Of a DNA stretch of 64,000 nucleotides, positions 9,891-19,223 are shown in pieces. Within the stretch, counting starts at the first letter, position 1. Every line of letters starts with the position of its first letter. A model generated the notes under the pieces. It worked only from the letters and a program-made list of their open reading frames with translations, was not told the DNA's origin and searched no databases. The position numbers and the translations under genes were made by a program. The stretch is from Deltaproteobacteria bacterium (GTDB lineage Bacteria; Myxococcota_A; UBA9160; SMWR01), in NCBI GenBank assembly GCA_032128375.1, contig JAQBGU010000183.1, forward strand, positions 1-64,000, given 5' to 3'.

Positions 9891-11207
9891 GTGCTCAACG
9901 GAATATTCGGCGCACTCATCGTGGGTGCGGTCGCGACGGCGGCCCTGACCGGCACGATGCCGGCGGTCAATCAGGCGTTGATGGATTCCGCGCGACAGGC
10001 GGTCGAACTCGCCCTGGGGCTGATCGGCACGATGGCGCTCTGGCTGGGTCTGATGCGGGTGCTGCGCGATGCCGGAGTGATGACCTCGATCGCTCGCGGT
10101 CTGGCGCCGCTGATGACGCGACTGTTCCCAGACGTTCCCGCTGAACACCCGGCGATGAGCGCGATGATCCTGAACCTGTCCGCGAACATGCTGGGGCTCG
10201 GTAACGCAGCGACACCATTCGGTCTCAAGGCGATCCGGGAACTCCAAGAACTCAACCCGAAAAAAGGGGTCGCGACCGATTCAATGGCGCTGTTCCTGGC
10301 GATCAATACCTCCGGAGTCGCGGTCATGCCGCTCGGCGTCATCGCGATGCGCGCCAGCATGAATTCCGCGAATGCGAGTTCGATCTTCCTGCCGACCGTG
10401 CTCGCAACGTTGTGCTCGACGATTACCGCGGTCGCGGTCGCGAAGCTACTGGCCAAGCGTCGGAGGTTTGCGTTCGACCAGTTCGAAGGCGATTCGGACG
10501 AGCCTGTCGAGACCGCGCTTTCCAACTCGGAGCCGAGCTTTTCTGACGATGGATTCGACGCACCGGATCACGCCACACAACCCACAGTACCCCTCTCGCG
10601 ATGGCGCCTCGGACTGCTGGCTTCATTTGGGGTACTGATCATCTGGGCGATCTTCCGAGAGATCACAGCGAATCCTGGCCAGGGGCTCAAGGAGGTCGCA
10701 AACGCCTGGTTGATGCCGATCCTCGCGGTCGTGATCATTCTCTACGGCTTCAGTGCGCGCGTGAAAATCTACGAATCTGTGATCGAGGGCGCGCGCGAGG
10801 GATTCGAGATCGTCGTGATGATCATCCCATTCCTGGTAGCGATCCTGGTCGCAGTCGGGGTGTTCCGCGCATCCGGAGCGCTCGATGCGATGCTTACGGT
10901 GATTGCGCCGGTTACAGCACTGATCGGTTTCCCGGTGGAGGCCCTGCCGATGGCGCTACTGCGCCCATTGTCTGCAGGCGGTGCGATGGGCGTCATGGTC
11001 GAGACGATGCAGGCCCACGGTCCCGACTCGTTCATCGGCTATCTATCCTCGGTCTTGATGGGAAGTACCGAGACCACCTTTTACGTGCTCGCGGTCTACT
11101 ACGGGAGCGTCCGCATTCGGATGACGCGCCACACGGTTGTCGCGTGCCTGTCGGCAGATTTCGTCGGCGCGCTGGCAGCGTTGTTCTGGTGTCGGATTTT
11201 GTATTGA
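9891..11207 (+). CDS. Fused SpmA/SpmB membrane protein (nucleoside-recognition Gate domains)
   Basis: ANMLGLGNAATPFGLKA (SpmA) and RPLS..GA, GSTETTFYVLAVYYG (SpmB). Confidence 0.9.
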   Translation: MLNGIFGALIVGAVATAALTGTMPAVNQALMDSARQAVELALGLIGTMALWLGLMRVLRDAGVMTSIARGLAPLMTRLFPDVPAEHPAMSAMILNLSANMLGLGNAATPFGLKAIRELQELNPKKGVATDSMALFLAINTSGVAVMPLGVIAMRASMNSANASSIFLPTVLATLCSTITAVAVAKLLAKRRRFAFDQFEGDSDEPVETALSNSEPSFSDDGFDAPDHATQPTVPLSRWRLGLLASFGVLIIWAIFREITANPGQGLKEVANAWLMPILAVVIILYGFSARVKIYESVIEGAREGFEIVVMIIPFLVAILVAVGVFRASGALDAMLTVIAPVTALIGFPVEALPMALLRPLSAGGAMGVMVETMQAHGPDSFIGYLSSVLMGSTETTFYVLAVYYGSVRIRMTRHTVVACLSADFVGALAALFWCRILY

Positions 11208-11247
11208 AGTGACTGTATCGAAGTGACTGAATCGAAGTGACTGAATC
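11206..11247. repeat. 14-bp tandem repeat x3
   Basis: GAAGTGACTG(T/A)ATC at 11206, 11220, 11234, beginning inside the spmAB stop codon. Confidence 0.9.
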
Positions 11248-11254
11248 GACGTAA

Positions 11255-12367
11255 ATGGCCGAGAAAATTGCAGAGCAAATGCAATCACTAGAATCTTTCG
11301 TCCGTTCCTCCGTGCAGGCAAATCTGGAAACACGGGTCATCCGAGTCGAGAAGCTGGCGGGTGCACTCGGGCGGCGACAGTTCGCCCGTGTCTGGCTTGA
11401 ATCCGACTCTGACGCAAAGCTTCCCGCCACGCTGATCGCGAGAGTCGAGGCGCCCGAAGATCCGCAGCGCCGCCCGGCCGGCATCGCCCCGGAACCCCCG
11501 CTGGAACCGATCCGCGCACTGCTCGAAGAACGGGGCCTCCCCGTGCCCCGATGCTTCGCTGCAGATCGAGACGCGGGCATCGACCTGCTGGGAGACTTCG
11601 GCGACGACTCGCTCAGTGTCGTGGCCGCAGCTTCGACCGCGAGCGAACGCGACGCGCTGTATCGAGAAGCCTGCGCTCTCGTTCCCCGGCTGCAACAGAT
11701 CGATCGGGTGCCGGGCGTCGCGGCATTCGATCGCCAACTCGACGCCGCGCAGATGGACTACAAGGCGCAACGATTCGCGCAGTGGAGCCTTCGCGCGACG
11801 GGATCTGCCGGAATCCAAGTCGTTCGGGAGGCGTTCTCTCTGATCGCGGACGAAGTCCTGGGCGCTCCACAACGGCTCGCACACCGCGATTTCCAAAGCG
11901 CCAATCTGTTCGTCATCGATGCCGGGAACGACGCGACACCGCCCACGATCCGGCGAGACAGCCGGATCGCGATGATCGATCTTCAAGGAGCGTTCATGGC
12001 CCCACCGGAATACGACCTGGTGTGCCTGCTTCGCGACTCCTACGTGGAACTGCCTGCATCGAGTGTCGCGGCACGCATCGCCGAAGTCCGGCCGCTCTTG
12101 CCCGATGCACCGGATCCCGAAACGTTCTTACATCGCTTCGATCTGTTGACGCTGACGCGCAAGGGTAAGGACCACGCCTTGTATCAATATGCCGCCGCCG
12201 AACTCGGCGATCGGCGCTACCGGAAATACCTGCCCGCCGCACACCGCGCGCTGCTAGCGGCGGCCACAAGGACCGCAGCGCGAGATCGACGTTTCGCGCT
12301 GCTCGCCGAGCTGATCACCGAGTCCGCCTCCGGTGGTGGTGATGGGGAGAAGCCGTGCGAGCCATGA
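11255..12367 (+). CDS. amgK: APH-family phosphotransferase, AmgK-like MurNAc/GlcNAc anomeric kinase
   Basis: HRDFQSANL and IDLQGA...YDLVCLLRDSY resemble AmgK motifs; overlaps a murU-like gene; divergent. Confidence 0.72.
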   Translation: MAEKIAEQMQSLESFVRSSVQANLETRVIRVEKLAGALGRRQFARVWLESDSDAKLPATLIARVEAPEDPQRRPAGIAPEPPLEPIRALLEERGLPVPRCFAADRDAGIDLLGDFGDDSLSVVAAASTASERDALYREACALVPRLQQIDRVPGVAAFDRQLDAAQMDYKAQRFAQWSLRATGSAGIQVVREAFSLIADEVLGAPQRLAHRDFQSANLFVIDAGNDATPPTIRRDSRIAMIDLQGAFMAPPEYDLVCLLRDSYVELPASSVAARIAEVRPLLPDAPDPETFLHRFDLLTLTRKGKDHALYQYAAAELGDRRYRKYLPAAHRALLAAATRTAARDRRFALLAELITESASGGGDGEKPCEP

Positions 12368-13380
12368 TCGTTGCGGCGGGTCTCGGAACCCGCCTGCGAC
12401 CCCTGACCCAGCTGCGTCCCAAGCCGATCCTGCCGGTGCGCGGAGTTCCGCTGATCGGATATACGCTGGCACTGCTGGCCCGCCATGGCGCCACCGAAGC
12501 GATCGTCAACGCGCATCATCTACCCGATCAGCTGGTCGAAACCGCCCGCAGGGTCTGCCCTGATGGTTTGGCTCTACAGTTTTCGATCGAGAACGAGTTG
12601 CTCGACACCGGTGGAGCGATTCGCCAGGTGGCCGAATTCTTGGGCGGCAGCGATCCGTGCCTGATCGTCGGCGGTGACATGTTGCTCGATGCAGACCTCA
12701 CAAAGCTCGTCGCCAGCCACCACCAGACCCGCGCGGCGTTCACGATGCTGCTCAAAGAGCACGATCCCCACGCGGAGGGGTTCGGCACCATCGGCATCGA
12801 TGGCCAGGGCTGTGTGCGGCGCATCGGCACGCGCTTCGACCTCGGGGGCGAGATAAAATCCGGGGTGTACACCTGGGCAAACGTCGTCTCGGCCCGAGCA
12901 CTCGAGACCCTGCCGGATCGCCTGGCATTCAATCATCTCGACGATTGGCTCATGCCACTGCTCGCAGACGGCGCACGTGACATTCGGGCAGTGCTCGCCG
13001 GTCCCGACGACTGCATCTGGGAACCGGTCGGAACGCCAGCCGAATACCTGGAAGCTAACTTGAATTTCCCGCCATTGTCGTATATGGACCGTGTGATCGG
13101 TGACACAACGCAATATGCGGGCGCCACCGATGATGTCATCCTGGGAGAAGGCGCGACCCTGGGCTCTGGAGTGAGCCTGCGTCGCGTGGTGGTATGGGAT
13201 GGAGAAGCAGTGACAGAGCGATTGCGGGCAAGCGACGGGGTCTTCGCTGGGGGCCGATTTCACTCGTGCGCGCCCGACCGGAGCCCAGGGGATAAGAGTT
13301 CAAATGGCTGGGCCGATGGCGAGACAGATGGCCCGCTGAATCGTACGGCTGACAACGAGCGCGACAGAGCAGACACGTGA
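12355..13380 (+). CDS. murU: Sugar-1-phosphate nucleotidyltransferase, MurU-like
   Basis: AMIVAAGLGTRLRPLT..PKP, NAHHL, LDTGG; follows amgK-like gene. Confidence 0.75.
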   Translation: MRAMIVAAGLGTRLRPLTQLRPKPILPVRGVPLIGYTLALLARHGATEAIVNAHHLPDQLVETARRVCPDGLALQFSIENELLDTGGAIRQVAEFLGGSDPCLIVGGDMLLDADLTKLVASHHQTRAAFTMLLKEHDPHAEGFGTIGIDGQGCVRRIGTRFDLGGEIKSGVYTWANVVSARALETLPDRLAFNHLDDWLMPLLADGARDIRAVLAGPDDCIWEPVGTPAEYLEANLNFPPLSYMDRVIGDTTQYAGATDDVILGEGATLGSGVSLRRVVVWDGEAVTERLRASDGVFAGGRFHSCAPDRSPGDKSSNGWADGETDGPLNRTADNERDRADT

Positions 13381-14114
13381 GCGAACTCGTGTTCGTGGGC
13401 ACCAGCGATGCTTTCGGAGCCGGTGGCCGGTGCCAATCAGCGATCCTGCTGCGCGCTGATTCGGGCAGCGCACTGTTGGATTGCGGCGTAACGACGAACA
13501 CCGGCTTGAGACAACAGGGGATCGAACGATCGGAGATCGATGCCATCTTGATCACGCATTACCACGGAGATCATTTCGGTGGAATTCCGCTCTTCCTGCT
13601 CGGCGCGCAATTCGAGGACAAGCGAACCCGGCCGCTCGTGATCGCCGGGCCGCCAGGCATTGAACTGAAGGTTCGCGAGCTCGCCGCGGCGATGGGACAT
13701 CCCATCGACGATCGCGGCGGCAATTTCGAACTCAGCTACCAGGAACTCAGCATTGGCTGCACTACATCCGTCGGCCCTGTCTCGGCGCGCGCCTTCGAAA
13801 CGAAACACGATCCAGCGTCTTTCCCCCGCGGACTGGTTGTCGAAGCGGGGAATCGGCGGATCGCCTATTCGGGCGACACGGGTTGGTTCGACGACCTGCC
13901 GCAGCAGGTTTCGGGATGCGATGTGTTCATCTGCGAGTGCACGCTGCACAAGCCCGCATACGCGTTTCACCTCGATCTCGAAACCCTCGAAGCAAAGCGC
14001 GGCGAGTTCGATTGCGGTCGAATGCTGCTGACGCATCTGGGCGCCGAGATGAGCAGGCGACGCGGCGAATTGCAAATCGAGACCGCGGATGATGGATTGA
14101 CTGTGGTTCTGTAG
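13377..14114 (+). CDS. Metallo-beta-lactamase-fold hydrolase (RNase Z/PhnP-like)
   Basis: GTSDAF, LLDCG, THYHGDH, YSGDT, LTH motifs; GTGA overlap with murU. Confidence 0.9.
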   Translation: MSELVFVGTSDAFGAGGRCQSAILLRADSGSALLDCGVTTNTGLRQQGIERSEIDAILITHYHGDHFGGIPLFLLGAQFEDKRTRPLVIAGPPGIELKVRELAAAMGHPIDDRGGNFELSYQELSIGCTTSVGPVSARAFETKHDPASFPRGLVVEAGNRRIAYSGDTGWFDDLPQQVSGCDVFICECTLHKPAYAFHLDLETLEAKRGEFDCGRMLLTHLGAEMSRRRGELQIETADDGLTVVL

Positions 14115-14185
14115 TTGTAGCTTTGGTTGTAGCTTTGGTTGTAGCTCTGGTTGTCGCTTTGCTTGCGGTTCTGGTTGCCGCTCTG
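14114..14185. repeat. 12-bp degenerate tandem repeat x6 filling a convergent gap
   Basis: GTTGTAGCTTTG x2, GTTGTAGCTCTG, GTTGTCGCTTTG, CTTGCGGTTCTG, GTTGCCGCTCTG. Confidence 0.88.
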
Positions 14186-14186
14186 G

Positions 14187-15356
14187 CTACCGCGCCTTCG
14201 CGCGCCCAAGTGAAATTTCACCCAACACGGTGGCATGACGGGCACCGGTGCAGCGGGGCAGATGATTCGGAATTCCCAGCAGTGCGTTGCGTCCCATCAG
14301 CGCAAAGGCCATGGCTTCTGCCGCTTCGGACGGGACTCCGGCGTCATCCATCGGACCGATCGAAGCGTCGGGTAATGCGCGCTGCATCGATTCCATGACC
14401 GCCCGATTTCGCACGCCCCCGCCTCCGACGAACACACGTTCCACCTTGCCGGGCAGAAAGTCGCGGCAGGCGCGGGCGATCGCTTCGGTGCTGAATGCGA
14501 CCAGCGTCGCGATCAAATCATCGAGCCCTACACCGCGATCGCGCGAGTCGGCCAGCAAGCATTCGGCCTGCTCGAGACCGTAACGCTCGCGACCGGTCGA
14601 TTTGGGTGGAGCTCGTCGCAGGAACTCGTCTTCGAGCAGGCTGTCGAGCAGCTGCCCGTCGACCCGACCGCGCATGGCCCTGGCGCCATCCCGATCGATT
14701 CGCTCGCGGCCTTCGCTGGCAAGTCGGACGACCGCATCGATCAGCGAATTGGCCGGTCCCACATCGAAGGCCGTCACCGCATCCGGGTCGCCGCCCGCCG
14801 GCAGCCAGCTGATGTTCGCGATTCCCCCAAGGTTCACAACCAAGCGGTTCTCAGCCGGGTCGCTGAGCGCTGCGTGATGAAAGAACGGCGCCAGCGGAGC
14901 ACCCTCGCCACCGGCCGCAATATCTCGAGGTCGAAAATCCGCGATCGTCGTGCACCCGGTCCGCTCTGCGATCACCGATGGATCCCCGATCTGCAGTGTG
15001 GCGCGCAGCTCCGGGTGATGGGCCACCGTCTGGCCGTGCGACGCGATCCCATCGATGCTCGCGAGCGGCACATCCGCCCGCCGTGCCAGGTCGATCGCCG
15101 CCTCGGCGAAACGCTCTCCGAGGCATACATCCAGCGCAGCCAGCTCGCGAATCGCACTGATCGGCGCCCCGTCGTCCGCGGGCGCCACGCGACCGGCCGC
15201 GAGACGGTGAATGTTTTCCTGGAGTTCGGGCGGATACGGCGTCTCACTGAATGCGATCAGCCGAAACGGTTTCGGGGCGGTATCCGAAGTCCATTCGACC
15301 AGGGCCGCATCGACCCCATCCGCGGACGTTCCGGACATCAAGCCAATGATGCGCAT
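14187..15356 (-). CDS. anmK: Anhydro-N-acetylmuramic acid kinase
   Basis: IGLMSGTSADGVD, SHGQT, GGEGAPLAP, NLGGIAN, FDVGPAN, PPKSTGRE. Confidence 0.96.
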   Translation of the reverse strand: MRIIGLMSGTSADGVDAALVEWTSDTAPKPFRLIAFSETPYPPELQENIHRLAAGRVAPADDGAPISAIRELAALDVCLGERFAEAAIDLARRADVPLASIDGIASHGQTVAHHPELRATLQIGDPSVIAERTGCTTIADFRPRDIAAGGEGAPLAPFFHHAALSDPAENRLVVNLGGIANISWLPAGGDPDAVTAFDVGPANSLIDAVVRLASEGRERIDRDGARAMRGRVDGQLLDSLLEDEFLRRAPPKSTGRERYGLEQAECLLADSRDRGVGLDDLIATLVAFSTEAIARACRDFLPGKVERVFVGGGGVRNRAVMESMQRALPDASIGPMDDAGVPSEAAEAMAFALMGRNALLGIPNHLPRCTGARHATVLGEISLGRAKAR

Positions 15357-15599
15357 GCGACCAGCTTACCCCCGATTGCTACCCAGATTGCTGAGATCGG
15401 CTATTGATTGGCCTGCGATTGGGAATGACGCTGCGATCGGGTATCCGATTCACCCCCGCTTTGGTACCCGCGAAACACCGATTCGACGGGGTTCGACGGG
15501 ATTTGACAGCAACGACCACGACCCGGAGTATTCGGGCCGCTTCGAATTCTAAAATGTGGTAAAAATGCCACGATTCAGGCAAGGGAAAATGGAGGGCGA

Positions 15600-15905
15600 A
15601 TGAACGACTCGTCGCGGACCCAAGGGGGTCTGATCTGTATCGGTGTAGTGATCGTGGGAGCGTGGTTTCTGCTCGCCGTGTTGCAGGGAAGTTATTGGGC
15701 ACTCGCCCTCCCGGTCTCGATCATCGTGTTCTTCGTGCTCGGACTGATTTTCTGGATCGGATATACGATCGCAACGATTCGGGTAGAGCCGGCCGACGAG
15801 TTCGACGAACTCGCCCCTCCACAAGCCCCAGACTCCGCCTACGACAGTGCCGCAGCCGACTCTGCAACTTCGACCGCGGGCTCAACCGGCGACACGGCCG
15901 GTTGA
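15600..15905 (+). CDS. Small two-TM hypothetical membrane protein
   Basis: Two hydrophobic helices and an acidic tail; GGAGGG RBS; first gene of the GT cluster. Confidence 0.7.
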   Translation: MNDSSRTQGGLICIGVVIVGAWFLLAVLQGSYWALALPVSIIVFFVLGLIFWIGYTIATIRVEPADEFDELAPPQAPDSAYDSAAADSATSTAGSTGDTAG

Positions 15906-15915
15906 GACCAGACCC

Positions 15916-17175
15916 ATGCGGATCGCTTTACTCACTTATCGTGGAAATATGTATTGCGGCGGCCAGGGCATCTATGCCGCCTACCTGGCGCGCGAATGGA
16001 TGCGCGCCGGCCACGACGTGCATGTCTTCGCCGGCCCGCCCCTGCCCGAACTCGAAGACGGAATTCCGCTGCACGAGATTCCGAATGACAATGTCTTCGG
16101 TGCGACGCACCCCGATTTCTTCGACCCCAACAAGAGATTCTCGCTCTTCAAACCGATGAGCTTGTGGGAACTCGGCGTATCTCGCCTCGGCGTGTTTCCC
16201 GAAATGCAGACCTTCGGCGTACGACTGATGATGCGTTGGCCGCGTCTGCAGGAGCGCCACCGCTTCGATATCGTGTTCGACAATCAATGCCTCAGTTGGG
16301 GGCTGCTCGGCATCAAGGCGATGGGCGTGCCCGTGGTCTCGGTGATCCATCACCCGCTCCACATCGATCGCGAAGCCGATTACTCGATCGATCGCCGGCT
16401 TTCGAAGAAGATCAAGCGCACGCTGTACTTTCCGCTCTTCATGCAGCAGCAGGTCGCACCGCGCCTCGACAAGATCGTAACCGTCAGCGAGGCGTCGCGC
16501 GTCGAGATCGAGCGCTACTTCGGAATCCCTCAGAAAAACATTTCGGTCGTATACAACGGTACCGACACCGAAATATTTCATCCCGTGGACGAAGTCGAAA
16601 AGGAAACCGATCTCCTGTTCGTCGGCCGAACAGAAGATCGCAAAAAAGGCATCGGAACCCTGCTCGAAGCACTGGGCATGCTGCCGAAGTCGATCCGACT
16701 GAAGATCGTAGACGGACGCATTCCGCCTGACGGTTTGGTTCCCAATCTGATCCGGCGATACCATCTCGAAGGCCGTGTGAAGATCATCGACGAGATGCTC
16801 AAACTCGATGACCTCGTCGCGCAGTACTCGAGCGCACGCATTGCGCTGGTCCCGTCGTTCTTCGAGGGTTTTGGCTTCCCGGCCAGCGAGGCAATGGCCT
16901 GCGGGCTGCCCGTCATTGCCAACGCGGCGGGTGCACTGCCGGAGGTGGTCGGCACCGACGGACAGTCCGGTATTCTCGTCCCGCCCCGCGACGCCCGCGC
17001 GATGGCAGCAGCGATCGCCAAGGTGCTCGCGGAACCGGGCCTCGCCGAACGAATGGGACGCAGCGCGCGCTGCCGGATTCAGCGCGTGTTCAAATGGAGC
17101 GACGCCGCGGCCGGGCTGGTGGACGTGTTCGAGGAGACGCTGCATGCTGCTCACCGTCGACCTCGAGCGGCTTAG
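15916..17175 (+). CDS. Glycosyltransferase family 4
   Basis: MRIALLTYRGNMYCGGQGIY N-terminus; EGFGFPASEAMACG. Confidence 0.92.
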   Translation: MRIALLTYRGNMYCGGQGIYAAYLAREWMRAGHDVHVFAGPPLPELEDGIPLHEIPNDNVFGATHPDFFDPNKRFSLFKPMSLWELGVSRLGVFPEMQTFGVRLMMRWPRLQERHRFDIVFDNQCLSWGLLGIKAMGVPVVSVIHHPLHIDREADYSIDRRLSKKIKRTLYFPLFMQQQVAPRLDKIVTVSEASRVEIERYFGIPQKNISVVYNGTDTEIFHPVDEVEKETDLLFVGRTEDRKKGIGTLLEALGMLPKSIRLKIVDGRIPPDGLVPNLIRRYHLEGRVKIIDEMLKLDDLVAQYSSARIALVPSFFEGFGFPASEAMACGLPVIANAAGALPEVVGTDGQSGILVPPRDARAMAAAIAKVLAEPGLAERMGRSARCRIQRVFKWSDAAAGLVDVFEETLHAAHRRPRAA

Positions 17176-17866
17176 GCTTCGCCCCGGCGAGCGACTCCTC
17201 GACGCGGGATGCGGCGAGGGGCGCCACTGTTTCGGTGCGCTCGAACGCGGCGCGCGAGTCGTGGGTCTCGATCTCGATCGCGGCTCGCTGAAGATGGGGT
17301 CCGGTGCGCTGCGCAGCCGCGCCACGGAACTCGGCTCGTTCGGGGCAATGATTCACGGTAATACCTTTGCGCTGCCGTTTGCCGATGAAAGCTTCCACAA
17401 GGTCATCTGCTCCGAAGTCATGGAGCACGTCCATGACTACCGCGCAGCTGCGCGCGAACTCGCGCGCGTGACCCGCCGCGGCGGGATGGTGGCTGTCACG
17501 ATTCCGACAGCGACCAGCGAGAATCTCTACCTTCGCGTCGGAGACGACTACTTCGAGTCGCCAGGCGGCCACATCCGCATCTTCCGGCCGCGACAACTCG
17601 CACTCGGGCTCGCTGAAGCCGGACTCGCCACCGTCGGCGTCGGGTTCGCGCACGCCCTTCACACCCCGTACTGGGTGCTGCGTTCGATCGCCGGCCTACC
17701 CAAGGCCGACGCATCCGCGCTCGTCCGCGGATACCGGCTGCTGTTGCTCCGCGCAACAGGGTCGCGGTTCATGACAGCCGTGGAACGGATGCTCAACTAC
17801 TGCTTTCCGAAGAGCCTGATCCTGTACGCGGAGAAGCGAGACAACGCCTCCGTGCCAGCTCACTGA
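17144..17866 (+). CDS. Class I SAM-dependent methyltransferase
   Basis: LLDAGCGEGRH, LPFADESF, SEVMEHV; ATG at 17144 after GAGGAG. Confidence 0.9.
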   Translation: MLLTVDLERLRLRPGERLLDAGCGEGRHCFGALERGARVVGLDLDRGSLKMGSGALRSRATELGSFGAMIHGNTFALPFADESFHKVICSEVMEHVHDYRAAARELARVTRRGGMVAVTIPTATSENLYLRVGDDYFESPGGHIRIFRPRQLALGLAEAGLATVGVGFAHALHTPYWVLRSIAGLPKADASALVRGYRLLLLRATGSRFMTAVERMLNYCFPKSLILYAEKRDNASVPAH

Positions 17867-17870
17867 GACG

Positions 17871-19223
17871 ATGGGCCGAAAGCTCCGAATCGGATTCGTT
17901 GCGTATCGCGGCAACATGCACTGCGGCGGACAGGGCGTATACCTGTGGTTTCTGGCGCGCGAACTGGCGAAACTCGGCCACCAGGTCGATGTATTCGTCG
18001 GGCCGCCCTACCCCGACCCGATGCCGTTTGTGCGCTCAGTCACGCAGGTGCCGAACGAGGAATTCTGGGCAAAATGGTTCATGGGCGATCGTTACGCATT
18101 CTTGCCGCGCGATCGACCCTTGCGGATTTTCGAGCCGCTGAACCTGTATGAACTCTGCGCGAGCCGCGCGGGCTTCCTACCGGAACCGTTCGCGTTCAGC
18201 GTCCGCGCATTCGCGGCGATCGCGGCGCGCTTGCGTGCCGGAGTCCGCTACGACGTGATCCACGACGTCCAGTGTCTGGGCTATGGGATTCTCGGTATCC
18301 GACAGCTCGGCATGCCGGTTGTAACGACGGTCCATCATCCACTGACTGTCGACCGGCGCTCGTCGTTCATCCGCGCCGACACTTTCCGCGATGCGGTGGG
18401 GACCATGAAGTTCTATCCGATTGGAATGCAGCGGTTCGTCGCGCAGCGCATCGACGCGCTTTTCACCTCCTCCGCGGTCAGCGCCCGACAAATAGAGCTG
18501 GACTTCGGCCTAGCGTCCGACAGGATCCACATGGTGGCCAACGGCGTCGACACGAACCTATACAGCGAGAACCCGGCGTCACCGCGCAACGAAGACGAAA
18601 TCCTTTGTGTGGGGCGCGCATCCGACCCGAACAAGGGCATCGGCACACTGATCGGTGCGTTGGCCAAATTGCCGCGAAGGATTCGGCTCACGCTCGTTGA
18701 CAACGACCACCCGGACAGCTCAGCGCGACGCCGCGCGCGTGAGCTCGGCTGCGAGGACCGGCTCGAGATCACCGGGCGCATCGAAACTGACGAACTGGTC
18801 GCCCTGTACCGACGCGCAGCGCTGGTCGTCGTGCCGTCTCGCTACGAGGGTTTCGGCTTGCCGGCGGTGGAAGCGATGGCGTGTGGTACGCCGGTGGTCG
18901 CCTGCGCGGCGGGAGCGCTGACCGAAGTCATCGGGGTGGGCGGCGGCGGAATCCTGGTAGCGCGTGACGACCCCAGTGCACTTGCGCGGGGCATCATGGA
19001 ACTGATCGACCAGCCGGGCAGACGCCGCGAACTCGGTCGAGCCGCCAGCCGACGGATCACGCAGGCGTATGCGTGGCCCCGCGTGGCCGAACGAACCGCG
19101 TCGATCTACGGCGAGATCGTCGACACGTTTCGAGCGACGCGCGGGCGGCCCGCCAACACGATGACATCCGACAGCGCCGGAAAGAGTCGAGCGAGCCGAT
19201 CGAGCGTTTCGAGTGTCGCTTGA
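17871..19223 (+). CDS. Glycosyltransferase family 4 (paralogue of 15916)
   Basis: YRGNMHCGGQGVY; EGFGLPAVEAMACG. Confidence 0.92.
   Translation: MGRKLRIGFVAYRGNMHCGGQGVYLWFLARELAKLGHQVDVFVGPPYPDPMPFVRSVTQVPNEEFWAKWFMGDRYAFLPRDRPLRIFEPLNLYELCASRAGFLPEPFAFSVRAFAAIAARLRAGVRYDVIHDVQCLGYGILGIRQLGMPVVTTVHHPLTVDRRSSFIRADTFRDAVGTMKFYPIGMQRFVAQRIDALFTSSAVSARQIELDFGLASDRIHMVANGVDTNLYSENPASPRNEDEILCVGRASDPNKGIGTLIGALAKLPRRIRLTLVDNDHPDSSARRRARELGCEDRLEITGRIETDELVALYRRAALVVVPSRYEGFGLPAVEAMACGTPVVACAAGALTEVIGVGGGGILVARDDPSALARGIMELIDQPGRRRELGRAASRRITQAYAWPRVAERTASIYGEIVDTFRATRGRPANTMTSDSAGKSRASRSSVSSVA

Noticed and set aside
11206..11247. CRISPR-like array
   Set aside because: Contiguous 14-bp units without spacers; no cas genes
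14123..14398. Hydrophobic ORF MVVALVVALVVAL
   Set aside because: Artefact of the 12-bp repeat and antisense to anmK
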